Below, piece after piece: positions 9,175 to 21,629 of a stretch of 64,000 bases of DNA. The DNA comes from Lepidodermella squamata (Eukaryota; Animalia; Gastrotricha). The position numbers and the translations under genes were made by a program. The first letter of the stretch is position 1. Each line of letters opens with the position of its first letter. Where the stretch lies: contig JBLDXI010000084.1 of assembly GCA_047495785.1 (NCBI GenBank), positions 49,964 through 113,963 on the forward strand, in the 5' to 3' direction. The notes under the pieces were generated by a model. The model was not told the DNA's origin, did no database searches, and saw only the letters and a list, made by a program, of their open reading frames with translations.

Positions 9175-9245
9175 ATTACTTTTGCAACAGGTGAAAGTGC
9201 CGGCTAAATGTAATGCTGCTCTGAGAATAGCCGCCATTTGCAATG

Positions 9246-9318
9246 GCCTTCCTAGCTCAGTCGGTAGAGCATGTGACTTTTAATCACAGGGTCGGGGGTT
9301 CGAGTCCCCCGGAGGGCG
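9246..9318 (+). tRNA. tRNA-Lys(TTT)
   Basis: Copy of 3940-4012. Confidence 0.95.
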
Positions 9319-9389
9319 CAAGCTTTTTCAAAGCAATTTAACGAAGCCACAGTTTTAATCATAGCAATAAATTGTCTAGTTAATACCAC

Positions 9390-9462
9390 GGGGGATTAGC
9401 TCAAATGGTAGAGCGCTCGCTTAGCATGCGAGAGGTAACGGGATCGACGCCCGTATCCTCCA
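9390..9462 (+). tRNA. tRNA-Ala(AGC)
   Basis: Copy of 4084-4156. Confidence 0.95.
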
Positions 9463-9538
9463 ATTTTTCTCGCTGAATTTCATAACCTGGCTAGACTTCT
9501 CTACAAATAATGCTACTGCTGCAAAAATACCCAGCCTC

Positions 9539-9610
9539 GGCTCAGTAGCTTAGTGGTAGAGCGTCTGCCTAGTAAGCAGAAGATCGAGGGTTCGATCCCC
9601 CCCTGAGCCT
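9539..9610 (+). tRNA. tRNA-Thr(AGT)
   Basis: Copy of 4233-4304. Confidence 0.9.
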
Positions 9611-9684
9611 TGCTTGACATTTTCGGCGGCAAGCTCTCTTTTTCGTACCAAAGCCTACAATTGACATTGCAAAGCTCAAAAACT

Positions 9685-9756
9685 TTCCCTGACCGGGAAT
9701 CGAACCCGGGCCGCCGCGGTGAAAGCGCGGAATCCTAACCACTAGACCATCAGGGA
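9685..9756 (-). tRNA. tRNA-Glu(TTC)
   Basis: Copy of 4379-4450. Confidence 0.95.
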
Positions 9757-12586
9757 GCTGCTCATGCGATTTAGTTTGCGCGGTCAATATGACGTAAACC
9801 GCGTCGCAAAAGCTACGTACTGAATGCAAAAACCTTTGGGCTATAATTTGTGGTTATTTCTGTGTGTGTGTGTGTGCCGCGCGACTTGCCTCGCAGAAGC
9901 AGCCGTTGATGGTGGCGGCGCGTCACAGGTTGTGCCGAACACCGCGCCGCGTCATTAATGCCATTTCGACGGCTGTGAGCAACGGGCTTAACTGGCAATT
10001 TTTTAAAACAAGGTTTTAAAGCAAGTTTCTGCTTTCGTTTTACCGGTTCTACCCTTAGGCCGACCGTTAGTCATTTGGCCAAAGCCACGTAATTAATTTC
10101 GTAAATGACTCTTCATTTCATGCGCGGAGCATCATATAATCTGCTATGCATTTTCATTTGCTAATCATTCTTTTTTAAATCCGATATAAAATGCAAACTA
10201 TTATTGTAATCAGGTTGGTGTTAGTGGCCTGCCCTTCTAATCCTGTAAGTAATTTCGAAATTAAATTATTATTATTATTAATAATATTAATATTATTATT
10301 ATTAAAAGTGAAATTAACATAAAAACTCTATCGATATATTTAAACAATCCCAACAATATAGATTCAATTCAAGGTAGATTTCTGAGGAATGTAAGAAATT
10401 TTTGCGAACATGAAACTCTTCAAACTGTAGATAAACCTTTCAGTAAACCTAATTTTTTTATTTTGCTCTTACAATGGCAATGGCATGGGGGAATTATTTT
10501 CTCTAGGGTTACCTATATATCGTATCAGAACTGAAATAAAAAAGTGTTGCATTATTTTCTTTGTTTCTAGACTGTAAAACCCAATCATTATTTTGTGTGT
10601 TACTTTTAGAGCTTTGATTGCCTAGTTTTGAAATATGGCTGAAGATGGCGTTGATGAAGAAACGATGCCTTACAGAAAGTGGACACCAGAGCATGAGGCG
10701 TTTTTCAACTCTGTTTTACCGCATGGTTGGTTTGCTTTCCTTCAAGCGTATATGAGTACAATTTTGTCCATTTCCAACGCAACTTTGTAAAGAAAATTCT
10801 GAAAAATTAACGACACCGGGAGCAGGGGTTGATTTGGGCTTGATTTGGATATAAAGAATTTTTCAAAAACCGCCAATTGCTCTTTCTGTGACAGTGTAAA
10901 AAAGCGCCACAATTTCGCCATTCATACCCCAACATTTTGTCTACTAATTCCTATTAGACTGAACGACAAAGAAAAAAGAGCAGAAGGGAAAATCCGGCGA
11001 AATTGGCCGTATTATTATTATTATCATGAGCCCAGCTTTACGCCTGTCAAAATGTGCGTAAAAATAAAATGAAAGCGAATAATACTCTTATAATAGTATT
11101 ATAATTTTCAATATAGTTACGGCCGAAAGGGAAGCCTCAAACAGCTCAAACATGGTCGCCGAGCTGTGCGCTGCCGTCAGCGTTGTCGACCATTCAATAG
11201 CTACACGAATGTTTGCTGCTGCCTGTGCCGCGATGCTCACCTCAGCTGCCTCTCAACGAGATGTGCAGCCGAGTGTTGCGTTGGCCAACATCGCTACTAA
11301 GCTACTGATGGCATCGCTAACGGCCAGTAAAAAATGTACGCTTTTTCTCGAATTATTACATGCGATTAAATGCAATTAAAACGCGGATCGAAAACGGCTG
11401 GCTGCTTTTGCACTAGACTGCGCAAAAAAGTCTCTTTATTCTGTCAAAGTTGGTCTTTCTCTTACCTGGTGTGTCATTTTTCATATTCTCGTAGATCGTA
11501 GACCACTGTGATTTATTTTGAGACATTTCGGCATCGGATTGGCCGTGAAATTTAGCAAAATGGAGTGTCTTGACCTCAAAGAACCCGGTAAATGTTTACA
11601 AAATTTCACTACCACAGATTATTCACGACGAAAAATGACCATTCTGATGTACGGTGGACGAGACTTTTTTGCGCAGTGCTTTTAGTTGAGACTGTAAGAT
11701 TTTGTTGCATAATATGCAAAATTATACAAAATTGTGTGTATAACAGCGCCAGCCGACGTTGAATTGGGTGACGGAGAAGTGTGCAACTCGAAAAAGCAAC
11801 CAAAGCCACCGTGACAGCAGTAACAGCAATAACCGAGTGCGCAACGTCAAGTGCGCATCAATTAGCTGCTACTTGGCGAACATATGAACCTACCTATATG
11901 CAAACCGTTGCAGCACCGTTGCAAAGTGCCAATGAACAAATGAACAAATAATGAACTTGCAACTGATTGTGTTTTTATTTACTGTTCAAAGTCGTCACAG
12001 CAATAAACCGAATGGCGAATCGTAAAAATAGTCAAATTAAGAATATAATTATAATCTACTAGTAGTATTAATATAAATGAACTCAACAACATTCCGCAAA
12101 ATAACTCGACAAATAATACGTATTCTGAACTTGTTCTTATTCAATGCAGTATAATACACGAACAAGAAGCCCGCCCGATTATTGAGAAGACTTGTTTTGC
12201 ATGTATCATTTTTTATACATCATAGAGTTGATTTTCACTGGTGCATTTTCTCACCAACCGAGTCATACATACGTAGACCGTAGACCGAGACATGAGCGAG
12301 AGAAAGCGAGAGCAACACATCTTCATCATTATTTTCATCGCATAATAAATATAAGAATAATAACAGCCGGGTTGATAATATTATTATTATTAGGTATTAT
12401 TCGTATATATCATCCGCAGTAAGTATTATCTCAACTGGTTATTAATAATTACTGATCAAGTATTGATGATTTGTTATTCGAGAGAGACACAGAGACACAG
12501 AGATAGGAGGAGGAGGCATTTCGAGAAACTATAGCAACACAATTCGTAAAACTACTACTATCATCATCTAAAGGGAGTGCAGTGTT

Positions 12587-13708
12587 TCAGTCTCGCCAGC
12601 CCCACTGCGTCGCCTTCTTCTGCGCCTCCTGCATCACAACCATAGCCACGCCTGAAAGTCACAGTCAGTCAGTCATCAGCCTGGCGAAAACTGAGTAAAG
12701 TACTTACCGGCGCCGGTGAAAGCCCGCAGCGAGCCGGGCAGCATGCCGCGGTACAGGCCGAAGAAGCCCACTTCGCGGAACAGCTTCGACAGCCGCCGCC
12801 ACGTCGAGTCGTTGGGCGAGCCGTAGCCGGCCTGGATCTGCGTTCGCACGTACTCCAGCGGCCACACCGTCCACCTGGTGAAACAAGAGACACAACACAA
12901 ACACAAACACGCTATGAATCGATCGGCCATTTATATAATATGAGAGGTAACGATAGAAACCTTTTCTCCAGAAAGCTTTCCAACCCAATAATTTCAGTTT
13001 TTCTCACAAAATCGACCGAAAATATAGACTCCTCACCATGCTGAGGTGGCGGCGAAGCCTGACGTGAAGAGCGGGCCGAAGAACGGGTACGTGAAAGCGT
13101 CGGGGCAGTTGCGGCGCATCGTGTCGACAATGACAAAGTACGACGTGAGGAGGGGCGCCGAGCGGATCAGCAACGAGCCGTAGCCGTGGAACAACTCGCG
13201 GAAGTGCCACGTTTCGCCGATTTGCCGCTTGATCTTCGCGTATTCCAGCGGGCACTCGACGATGGAGCGCAGACAGCCGGACACGACGCCGCCGGCGAGC
13301 ACGCGCAACTGCAGCCCACCAGTATATGGAATTTCGGTGCGGCACGCGTCGTTGTCCAGCAGCGTGTAAGTGGCTTCGAATGCGGCGAACTGCACAGACC
13401 GGTAAATGGCTGAGCCCCACAGCGGTGGGATGCAGCCGCGGTACAGGCCGATGAAGCCGTCCTGTTTGACGGTGCGGCCGAGTGCCTGGACGATGCCGAG
13501 CTTCTCGAAGCCAGCCTGCGCCTGCATTTTCGTCTTCAGCGTGTCGAACGGGTGCGCGACGATGACGTAGCTGGAGCCGTAGAGCACGCCGGCCGCCAGT
13601 GAGATGGCACCCTCGCGGATCCAGTGGCTACGATGCAATCAATGATCATGATGACATTTACATTCAATCGCGTGTGTCTACTCACCTCCGCGGTTCATTG
13701 TGCGTCAT
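12587..13708 (-). CDS. Mitochondrial carrier (SLC25 family), 4 exons: 13708-13686, 13627-13037, 12874-12708, 12651-12587 (281 aa)
   Basis: Three Px[DE]xx[KR] signatures (HPFDTLKTKMQ, CPLEYAKIKRQ, WPLEYVRTQIQ), GLYRG motifs; GT-AG introns join in frame. Confidence 0.9.
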
Positions 13709-14484
13709 CTATGCTCGCTAAGTGGCTATGCTCGCCAATTTCACAGCCTTTTGCTTGTTGCAATAATAGTCGTAAGACAGACACACTACAGAGATTCTGG
13801 CGTAAAACCTCTACAATAACGTCATGAATGATCAACCTTTATTGAGAATTGTGTTTTTTCTTCTTGTCATTTTTCAAAGCAGCTGCCCTGCTCTCTCTCT
13901 CTCACAAGTTAGTTTTGTATATCTTGAAGCAGCAGCTGCGAGATCTTTTTTTCATATAGGTAAGACCATTAAAGATGATGATTTCAACACTTGATCATTA
14001 TTATTATCCCGAAATAAGCATCATCATCATCATTGGCAAGGCGCATTGTCGATTCGTAAAAAAATGCATCATCATTGTCATTTTAATTTGTTAGCTTCTC
14101 AATTTGTTATGCAGCTACTACATACTTAGCAGATATCGTCATCATCGTCATTCGTTCATTCGAATATAAAGGTAGAAGTAAACAATCATCGATTCAAAAA
14201 AAGCATAATGACAATGCATCAGTATCATCGTATCATCGTAGTATTTAGGCGCCGAAAAGCGACGCACACACACGCACAATTAGTTAGAACACAGCCATAA
14301 AAGACGACTGCCGCACGTACGTACAAAAAAACAAGAAAAAAAGTTACGCATGATTACTGATTACGTAAGAACTGCGATTCTCGACAGGAGAAAAAAAACA
14401 TAAAGAGGCACCGATGTATTACTATAACAAAAATTACGCTTAGATTTCAGACGACGACGACGACGACGAAAAGACAAGCCGTAT

Positions 14485-17400
14485 CTAGTCTGAATCGCTG
14501 TTGGTGGCTGTCGTGCTGCTGCTGCTGCTGCTGCCAGCCGTGCCTGCCTTTGCCCGGCGGCCGTACGTTTGCCGCACAGCAGCCGGCCGAAGACCAGCAG
14601 CAGCCGTAGCGACTGGTGGCGGCTTGTTCGCCCTTTTGTTGCCGCTAATCGCCATGTTGTTGTCGTTGTCTTCGCCTGATGACGACGACGATGATGTTCC
14701 TGGTGGGGTGGCTAGACTCTGAGTCGCAGCCGCAGCCGCAGCAGCTGGCTTGTTGTTGCTGTTGCTGTTGTGCATGCGATTGGCGGCGTCGTAGCGCTCG
14801 AGGATGCGCGACACCGTCTCGAGCGTGCGGTCGTCCATGCCGTTGACGAGAGCCATGAACGTGAGGAACTTCTTGAGCACGTCGACGGCGGCGTCGAAGG
14901 ACGCACCAGCGAACAGGCGCCGCACCGCCTCGACGCCGCCGCGCTTCGCCTCGAGCGCCTCGCTCGCGTAGAACACGATGATGACGCAGCACGCCGCCAG
15001 GAAGTTCAGCTCCATGTGCCGCGTGCCAGCCGCGTGCAACACTGCAAAATGCAATGGCATGACATCAATTGTCAAAAGAAACAAGCATGATTGAATCAAT
15101 CAATCAATCACATCGCTCTCTAGTTCAAAACCGAATTTTCGAATCAGGTAAAAACAATCAGGTGACACAAACATCCAAGCTAAGTCAATGCCAAGTTTCT
15201 AAAAACCGTGTTAACCCAACAGAGTGACCCAATATTTCATATTCACTTGCAAGCAGAGCTGCTAAACTTGTCCAAATTCCAAGATTACATATGCCGCTAT
15301 GTCTTCCTATGTCTTACGGTAGAGTGTGTAAATGACTTACTAGCATCGAGCGCCTCGTCATCGCCGCCGAGGCCGAAGCCGCTGCTACTCGCGCCGCCAC
15401 CACCACCACCACTCGCCAATGGGGTGTCAGCTGCTGCTGCTGTGGCAGACGTTGAGGAGGGGCGGCGAGGGTTGCTCGAAGACGCAGCAGCAGCCGCTGT
15501 CGATGAAGACGACGGTCGCAGAGTATCGTCGAGACCGCCACCGATGCCGGACGTCGCCGTCGAAGTTTGCGAGGACGACGCCGAGGCGGCAGTGCGTTGT
15601 TGTAGCTGCTGCTGCTGTTGTTGCTGTTGCTGTTGCTGCGATGACGAGATGTGTTCGTCGGCCTCGCGCTCGCACTCGGCGGCGGCGGCGCACAGTTGGT
15701 TGAAAAAGTCGATGAGGAGTTGCGGGAGCGCGGGCCCGTCGACGCCGTACGGCCGCGAGACAGCCGCCGCCACCGGCGAGAACTCGGCAATGTTCACGAG
15801 TACGAAGAAGCTCTGTTCAATGGTCAAGTCAAATGAAACCAAGGCAAGGCAGGCAGCAACAACTTACGAGGATGCTCAGGTCAAAGTGCGCGTGCACCTG
15901 GTCGATGGAGGCGCGGCCGACGATGGCGAGCCGCAGCGACGCCGCCACAAAGTCCGGGCACTCGCTCGCCAACACGCCGCACGTCGTTTCTGGTCGAGCA
16001 GATGAAAACACAGTCGTTAATTAGAGTACAAAAGAGTCGCAGGTCGCAGTTAAGTCGGTTAAGTATGCTAGCCCGGCAAACCCCATACTTTAGAGTACAA
16101 TCAATGCAAGTTAACTAAACCAAGCTGCCCAAGTTAACTTCAATTCATCGTAGCAATGAAACTCTGGGTCCATTTCGTTTACCTGATGGCTAACACAAAG
16201 CACATGGAACAACCAACCAAACGATTTCCGCCAGCAATTCAGAAATACTTAACTAGACATCATTGGGATTTCACGTATGCCCAAGAAACAAATAATGAGG
16301 CGCGTTATCACAGTTCTACGCTTTTGTTATAAATTCTCAAATTGCCTACGATTGAAAAAGGGATATAAAAAAACACATGAACAGAAACTCACTGGTGTCA
16401 CAGCACAGCGTCATCAGCAGGTTGTAGATCTGCGACAGCAGGCGCGAGTCGGCTTCACTCACCGACCACTGCTGTGTTGAGTTTTCACATGAAGTCGATG
16501 ACGATGGCTGCTGCAACTGCAGAGGAGGCAGCAACTGCGTGGCGTAGTTGGCGAGGGCGCGCGGCAGCAGCGAGTTGTCGCGCTCGCCCGCCACGCGCTT
16601 CGACTCCTTGTTCTTCGCCACCAGTTTGCCAATGCCCGACAGCACGTGTTTGAGGCGACGAGCGTCGAGCACCGACTGCGATGTCTGCTGTCCAAGTGCG
16701 ACATTCGAGGCGGTTGCGGTGGTCGCCGAGGCGAGCGTCCGCGCGCAGTCGTCGACGAGCACGTCGAGGGCGTGCGAGTCGCGGAACTGCGCCTGCGCCG
16801 CCTCCGACGAGCACCGCTGGCACAGCGTGTGCAGCGCCGACAGCGCCAAATCACGCACCACCGCCGGCGAGTCGACGCTCACGCCCGACGACGACGAGTG
16901 CAACAGCTCGGCGCCGTACTTGCGCACCAGCGTCTTCAGGAGGGCCGCCACGCCGCTCGTCACGCGCTCCACGATCGGCGCAGGCACCGCCGTCGACCAC
17001 CCGCCGCCGCCACTGCTGTGGCTGCTGCTAGGCGGCTTCGCATTCGAAGGCGATGAAGCTGATGAAGCTGAGTCGAGGCGAACGAGGCGCACGAGCAGCG
17101 CCATGGCCGGCGTGTCCAGGTCGACCTGCGACCGGTCCGCCGACAGCACCACGAACATCGCCGCCGCGCACAACGCCAACAACTGTCGGAAAAGCATTAT
17201 CGAAAAAGTTGCTCATTAGAAGGATTTTGCAAGCACAACAGATCGAGACTTGATTCTTGAAAATGTGAGTTCCTACATTTTTGATTCAACTAGACTAGAC
17301 CAGTCTACATTACTTCCTCGCTATTTCTAGGTTCGAAGCAATTTCATTCTCAAATTCGAATGCCAGTACGTTTCAATCGATCAAGTGTCTTGAAATGAAC

Positions 17401-18727
17401 CATCACCTCTGATATATCATGAACCTTGCAATACTGAAAATGAGCCAATGCAACTTACGTCGTGCTGGTCCGCGTCGTGCAGCTTCGAAAACAGCTCCGG
17501 CAGCTTGCCCGTCGACTTCAGGTAGAGCCTGAACTCGGACGAGTCGGCGCACTTGGACGCGAGCTGGAAGGCGGAGAGGCAGCGCGACGACAACTGCGCC
17601 GTCGGCCCCACGCACTCGATCAGGTACGTGTAGTCGCCGTCGAACTCGAGCGACGTCGACTCGGCCTGCAGCTCGCTCACGCCCCGCACGTGCCGCACCA
17701 CCGCGTACTTGTCGCGCTCCGACCGGGCGACCCGCACCACCCGCTTGCCTGTCGCAGCATCGACCACCGTCGACACGACGCCGCCGCCGCCCGCTGCCAC
17801 TGATTTGTCCGAGCCGGAGCCGGATGCATGGCGTCGTGGCCGGTCGATCCGCGAATTATGCAAATCTGCTTGACTCGTACTCACCGACGACATCGCGACC
17901 GATGATTCCTTCTTCTCCGGTAAACGATAAGCATCAGCAGCTTCGCCTTCGTCATCGTCGTCATCGTCCACGGCGAACCACGATTTCGGATTAGCCACTT
18001 TTTTCCGCTCTCCTCGCACTGTCGTAAAAATTCGCGGCTGAGGTGCGGCGGGCTGCCTCACCACAGCTGCTGTTGTTGTTTCACTGTCGAGTTTTTGCTT
18101 CTTCGCAGCTTGTGGTGCGATTTTCTCTTCTTGCTCGTCAACGTCGTCGTCTTTTGACGACTCTTCCTCGATGTTGGGTAACTCTTTTGGTGACGGTTGC
18201 TTCTCAACAATCGGTGGTGATGTCGAAACTACTGGTTCCACTGCCGGCGGAGCAGCAGCTTTGCTAACTGAAGATGCTTTCAGCCGAGGCAAAGACACGG
18301 TAAATGAGTCGATTTTCATTTGATTATCAGCTTTCAGCAACGTGTCAGTTTCTTCAAATAACGGCGTCGATTTGCTGGTGTTTTTGCGAGTCGTGCTTTT
18401 CGCAACGGGTTTCGCACTCATCTTTGGTTCAGCTTGCCGCCTTGTTGTTTGCTGAGGTTTACTATCACTAAAATCTTCGTCAAAGGCAAATGGGTCAGGT
18501 TTTGCATGCTTCTGCGGCGGCGGTCGGTCGCTCGAGGAAAATTCGAATGGGTCGCCAGCCGCAAACGACTCTGTCTTATGCTTGTTGCCAAACAGCATGT
18601 CAAACGAGTCTGGTTTTCGTTGAGCTCGATTGAAAGTCGATCCGCCCGAGTCGGCAACTGCTTCCGCGGTTGATTTTGCCGACCGGCCGTATGTTTTGAT
18701 AGGGGCCTTAGCACGTCGACTTTCCAT
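14485..18727 (-). CDS. WAPL: Wings apart-like cohesin release factor, multi-exon (approx. 18727-17459, 17182-16392, ~15990-15340, ~15042-14485; internal boundaries uncertain)
   Basis: N-terminal KTYGR and DPFxF motifs in a disordered region; WAPL domain start (YAVVRHV...RCLSAFQLASKC...FRLYLK) and end (HAAGTRHME...VLKKFLTFM...VSRILERY). Confidence 0.88.
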
Positions 18728-20093
18728 TCATGTCAATATTCGACATAAAAACCTACAAAACCAACATATTTAACTTTTAACTATATAGGGTTCCCAATAA
18801 GCATCAAGCATCTGCTGTGAACACAGAGCTACGCAGCTGAAAAGGGCAAGAAAAACTGATAAAGTACACATTTTTTAAAGCGAAAGTCGATAATAAAATT
18901 CCACCCTAAATTGTCAGCTATAAAGTTTTCTGTATTTCCAAGCATACAGTAACGCTTTTCCTATATCGTTTTAAGTCTAAATCATAGGAGGAAGACGCTA
19001 TTACTGTGTCTTGTAAGCATTAAAAAGATCTACACTTAAGCGGTGAATCTAGAAATCTGCATAAATGTCCTTCGGCATTTATAAACATTTGTTTAAACGG
19101 TTTGGCTTAACTTCATATGAACTAGAACCAATATGTATTAAGTTATGTCAAACTCCATTTACAGCAGCAGCAGCAACAAGACATGGATAAACGATAAACG
19201 ATAAACGCCATTCGCCATTGGCCAATTATATTCTGCATAACAGTTGTGATGGCATGGGAAAACAGCGATTATGATTATGAGAAGCCTTGGAAATAGAAAA
19301 TATTTTCAAATAGAAAACAGAAAAGGCTGGAGTGGTTGCTGGGTGCATCCGTATCGATGGCTCTCGATCATCTCGGTCACCTCTCCAACACACATCGCTA
19401 GGCATTTAACATTAACATGAGCATTAACACAAGTCAAGGGATAAGTGAGAAGATCATGACTACTGAATCCTTTGGTTGACGAAAAGATGCATGAAAGAAA
19501 TGGAAAAAAATTGAAGTTCCCGCGGACTTGTTCCTGGACAAGGACCCTCCATTTCGTGCAATAAATCATTCGTAAAATATTTCTAACAGCCATTCAGAAT
19601 GTTTATTGAAATATAACTAAAGCAAAAGCTATAATTTGCGAAACTTTCGGTGTCAATAATTAATGAATAAATTAAGTTTACTGTTGTTGTCAGGCGACAG
19701 AGTTGTTGGGTGCGATCGAAAGGTCCTAAATCCCAGTAAAGCTACGAGTTCCAGTCAAAAGGAATGCCAAACTACATTCTACAGTTTTCTTGACTACCTA
19801 GTACGCTTACATTCTCTATTATGGCGCTGACTTGCCCGGAGCAACTGCGTACTCATATCCCACGTCAAGCGGGAGAGATGAGAATTGCTTATATGTAATT
19901 TGTAGTTTTTACCGGGATTTCGTGAAATAATATATAATATCCATCTTTTAGCTCGAAAAAGCTCAATCGCGTGCCACAAGTTGCACAAAGGAAAGAGAAA
20001 GATTACTGCGGAAAGAATAAAGAGGCCCCACATTTACCAATACCCAAATTTTCTAATCTGCTTTTAGTGCATTTGCTACAAAGTGTTTGAATA

Positions 20094-20345
20094 ATGCCAT
20101 CAGAGAACGAAAAATTGGATCAAACTTTAAATTTGCAAAGTGTCGGTTGGCAGTTGGGCATATCTGCGGCTGCTTCCAATCAAGCGAAATACGCCGAGCC
20201 ATTCAGCGTTTTACAATTAAAGCTGAGCTCTGATTGTAGCTCGGGAGAAAAACAGCTTCAAATGGAATTGAACCACGATTCCCTTGTGAAACTGTACAAC
20301 GAAATGGAGGCTATTCAACAACAACTTGATACATTAGCCGGTTGA
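20094..20345 (+). CDS. COMMD10: COMM-domain protein, COMMD10-like (COMM domain only visible)
   Basis: LQSVGWQL...QAK...P.SVLQL...LYNEMEAIQQQLDTL resembles the COMMD10 C-terminal COMM domain; in-frame TGA just upstream of the ATG. Confidence 0.75.
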   Translation: MPSENEKLDQTLNLQSVGWQLGISAAASNQAKYAEPFSVLQLKLSSDCSSGEKQLQMELNHDSLVKLYNEMEAIQQQLDTLAG

Positions 20346-20642
20346 TACATTGCATCGTCGCTGTTAAACGCCTCAATTACGCTCTAAATTATAGGCTTTT
20401 TACGCAGTTGATTACAATGGCTTGCCAATCGTAACCAACCTTGTTCTTTCTCATGTTTCCAATTTTAGGTGTAACTTAATGATATTTACACACGAGCGAA
20501 AAAGCGCCGCAATCTGAACTGATATCAACATTCGCGGTTCGCTCAAATTAAATCACGTGACGCGACTTGCGAGCAGCAGGGCCTTGAAAGACGGAAAGAT
20601 AGGAAAGAGAAAGATCAAGTTGAAAGAATAAATAAGTGAGAC

Positions 20643-21629
20643 ATGGCAAAGTTATCGTCGCTGTCATGTTTGCGTTTGTCCTTTTCCTTTTTCAGGTAGG
20701 TCATTCGCTTATTGAATTTAAAAAAATTCAAATAATTTTGTTATGTCGTTAGCACCTTGACGTTCTCGATCGGATGCGGGCTTATCGCGCTAGGAGTATA
20801 CGTCCTCCTCGGAGGTCTGCGAGATCTAGATATTTACACGCGAACGATTGAAAAAGCCCCACAATCTGAACTGATATCAACATTCGCCGTTTGCTTAATA
20901 GCCGCTGGCTCGTGCGCCAGCCTTGTTTCCTTTCTCGGTTGCTGTGGTGCTGCGACGTCGTCTCGCGGAATGCTTCTTGCCTATGCTGCTATTCTGTCGT
21001 CGATAGTCGCAGCTCAGCTGATCTTGCTAGGTCTGGGCGCAATTTTCCGCAAGGACATTGACGCGTTTTTGCGACGCGAAATTAGCCGAGATATCATTCA
21101 ACGCTACCGAGCTGATGTGCGAGTGGCTAAAGCGTGGGATCGTCTGCAATCGAGCATGATGTGCTGTGGCGTGCAGTCGCCTCGTGATTGGCAGTCTTCG
21201 ACGGCTGAGGGCGGCAGTTCGGATTCGATTCCAGCATCGTGTTGCCGAGAGCCTACGGAGGAATGCCCGATGGATAGCGCGTACGCCGCTGGATGTTACG
21301 ACACTTTTGTGAAAATGCTATTCGTCGATCGGTACCACATTCTCATGGGCGTGTTTGGCTCGCTAGTGGGTCTTCAAGCCTTGTCGCTGTTCATCGTATT
21401 CGTATTAGTTCGAATGCTAGCTAGGCAGCTATCGAGACGAGCCGCATTCAGGCGAAATAGCAGTGACGAAGATGCAGCGCTAGTGAGCAATAACAACACT
21501 GCTTCACGGCGGCAAAACTCGGAACCAGCCTTGAATAATGCTGTGGGGAATGTCGAGGCCAACGCACCGTTGATCTCGAATGGTCAGATTTCAGCGATAT
21601 CAGGCGCTCGTTACTATCAACGCGAATAA
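20643..21629 (+). CDS. Tetraspanin, 2 exons (20643-20695, 20753-21629)
   Basis: Four TM segments, FLGCCGA, large loop with CCG and PxSCC motifs; 57-nt GT-AG intron joins in frame. Confidence 0.92.

Larger units (their letters stand above)
1..9841. repeat. Tandem tRNA-gene array (end of array); ~5306-bp super-unit of 31 tRNA genes with nested 1261-bp sub-amplification
   Basis: Near-identical blocks including spacers at offsets 1261, 5011 and 5306; similarity stops at ~9841 at the 3' end of the Pro(CGG) gene. Confidence 0.95.

Noticed and set aside
1056-9829. Repeated 60-115 aa ORFs in the tRNA array
   Set aside because: They are translations across tRNA genes and spacers; repetition reflects the DNA repeat
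9842-12500. Short ORFs between the tRNA array and the SLC25 gene
   Set aside because: No recognisable domains, consistent splice structure or terminal repeats
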